A DNA stretch of 64,000 nt from Trueperaceae bacterium. Its GTDB lineage: Bacteria > Deinococcota > Deinococci > Deinococcales > Trueperaceae. The position numbers and the translations under genes are program-made. Numbering within the stretch: the stretch's first letter is position 1; each line of letters starts with the position of its first letter. Location of the stretch: the NCBI GenBank assembly GCA_965215565.1, contig CBDCDZ010000004.1, positions 3,808,001 to 3,872,000 of the forward strand, written 5' to 3'. The notes beneath the pieces were generated by a model, which ran no database searches, was not told where the DNA came from, and saw only the letters and a program-made list of their open reading frames with translations. Positions 63,115 through 64,000 of this stretch are shown here, piece by piece.

Positions 63115-64000
63115 CTAGCTATACCTTATCCTCGGGTCGAGCAGCCCGTAACTCACGTCTACTGCGAAGCTCAGAAAGACGATTGCGCTGGCGTAGAGGA
63201 GAATTTCGCCTTGGAGGAGGGGGAAGTCGCGTGTGCTGATGGCGGTTAGGACGAGTTGCCCCAAACCCGGCAGTGAAAAGACCTGTTCGATGACGATTGC
63301 GCCGACTAAGAGCTGCGAGAGGCTGAGCCCGATAACGGTGATGAGGGTGACGAGGGCGTTGCGCAGGGCGTGTTTGGTCAACACGCGGCGTGTAGGGAGC
63401 CCTTTTGCTCTAGCGGTGCGGATGTAATCGAGGGAGAGGGTCTCGAGCATCGCTGCTCTAGTCATCCGGGTGAGCACGGCGGCTTGCCCGAGCCCTAACG
63501 CGACGATGGGAAGCGTAAGACTTCTCAGGGTGCCGAGCAAGCTTCGCTCCGGCGGCACGTAACCACCCGAGGGGAGCCAACCGAGTTCGACGCTGAAGAG
63601 TAGAATAAACATGAGCCCGAGCCAGAACGAAGGAATCGCCGCGCCGAGTTGCGAGACGACGGAGATAAAGAGGTCGAGCCCGGTTCCGCGCTTCACTGCC
63701 GCCGTAATACCGAGGGGCAGCGCAATGACGATGGCGAGTAGAATCGCGCCGAGGGCTAAGGGGATAGATACCTGTAGGCGGGCGATAAGAAGGGACGCGA
63801 CGCTTTGACGGTAGTTGAGCGATTCGCCGAAGTCGCCACGCAGAATGCCGGCGAACCAACCGAAAAAGCGCGTGACGGGTGGCTCGTTGAGCCCGAGCTG
63901 CTCGCGCAGCGTGGCTAAAGATTGCGGACTCGCGTTGATACCTAAAATTACCTGGGCGGGATCGCCCGGCACGAGGAGCAGCGCGGAAAAGACGAGGAGC
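63115..64000 (-). CDS. Peptide/nickel ABC permease (DppB/OppB), start outside window
   Basis: PGDPA, YIRTARAKGL, HALRNA, LDPRI. Confidence 0.92.
   Translation of the reverse strand, partial: LLVFSALLLVPGDPAQVILGINASPQSLATLREQLGLNEPPVTRFFGWFAGILRGDFGESLNYRQSVASLLIARLQVSIPLALGAILLAIVIALPLGITAAVKRGTGLDLFISVVSQLGAAIPSFWLGLMFILLFSVELGWLPSGGYVPPERSLLGTLRSLTLPIVALGLGQAAVLTRMTRAAMLETLSLDYIRTARAKGLPTRRVLTKHALRNALVTLITVIGLSLSQLLVGAIVIEQVFSLPGLGQLVLTAISTRDFPLLQGEILLYASAIVFLSFAVDVSYGLLDPRIRYS

Noticed and set aside
62198..64000. Dpp/Opp permeases as importer of the PFRF peptide
   Set aside because: About 39 kb away, with no sequence evidence linking them.

Overview
Chromosomal window from a GC-rich bacterium, most likely Deinococcota (Trueperaceae-like). 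This assignment is inferred from the non-discriminating aspS, csaB+DUF5693, the E3-binding-domain protein and widespread leaderless -10 promoters. Housekeeping genes include aceA/aceB, an alpha-hydroxy-acid oxidase, gntP, glycerate kinase, ligA, recA, uppS, an interrupted rfbADCB set, a Zur/ZnuACB plus Zrg-like zinc locus, a UbiD-family decarboxylase, maf and Dpp/Opp permeases. Accessory genes include a TIR protein, vapBC and a decayed toxin-antitoxin remnant. Four signals are absent from the ORF track. (1) A 41-aa secreted peptide gene (23278-23403) ends in PVTNPFRFDN, matching the C-terminus of a lipoprotein (PVDPFRFSD) encoded behind a cupin-HD-GYP gene; a c-di-GMP-II riboswitch-controlled metallopeptidase lies next door. 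Together these form a candidate peptide/c-di-GMP signalling system. (2) A leader peptide with tandem Asn-Asn-Asp-Asp codons and a terminator precedes the non-discriminating aspS. (3) The same palindrome, TACCTTA-N5-TAAGGTA, sits over the promoters of recA and a solitary GemA-like gene. (4) There are two MITE families, REP-like palindromes, heptamer repeats and apparent over-representation of CTCGAG. All family assignments are from motif recognition by eye; no searches were run.
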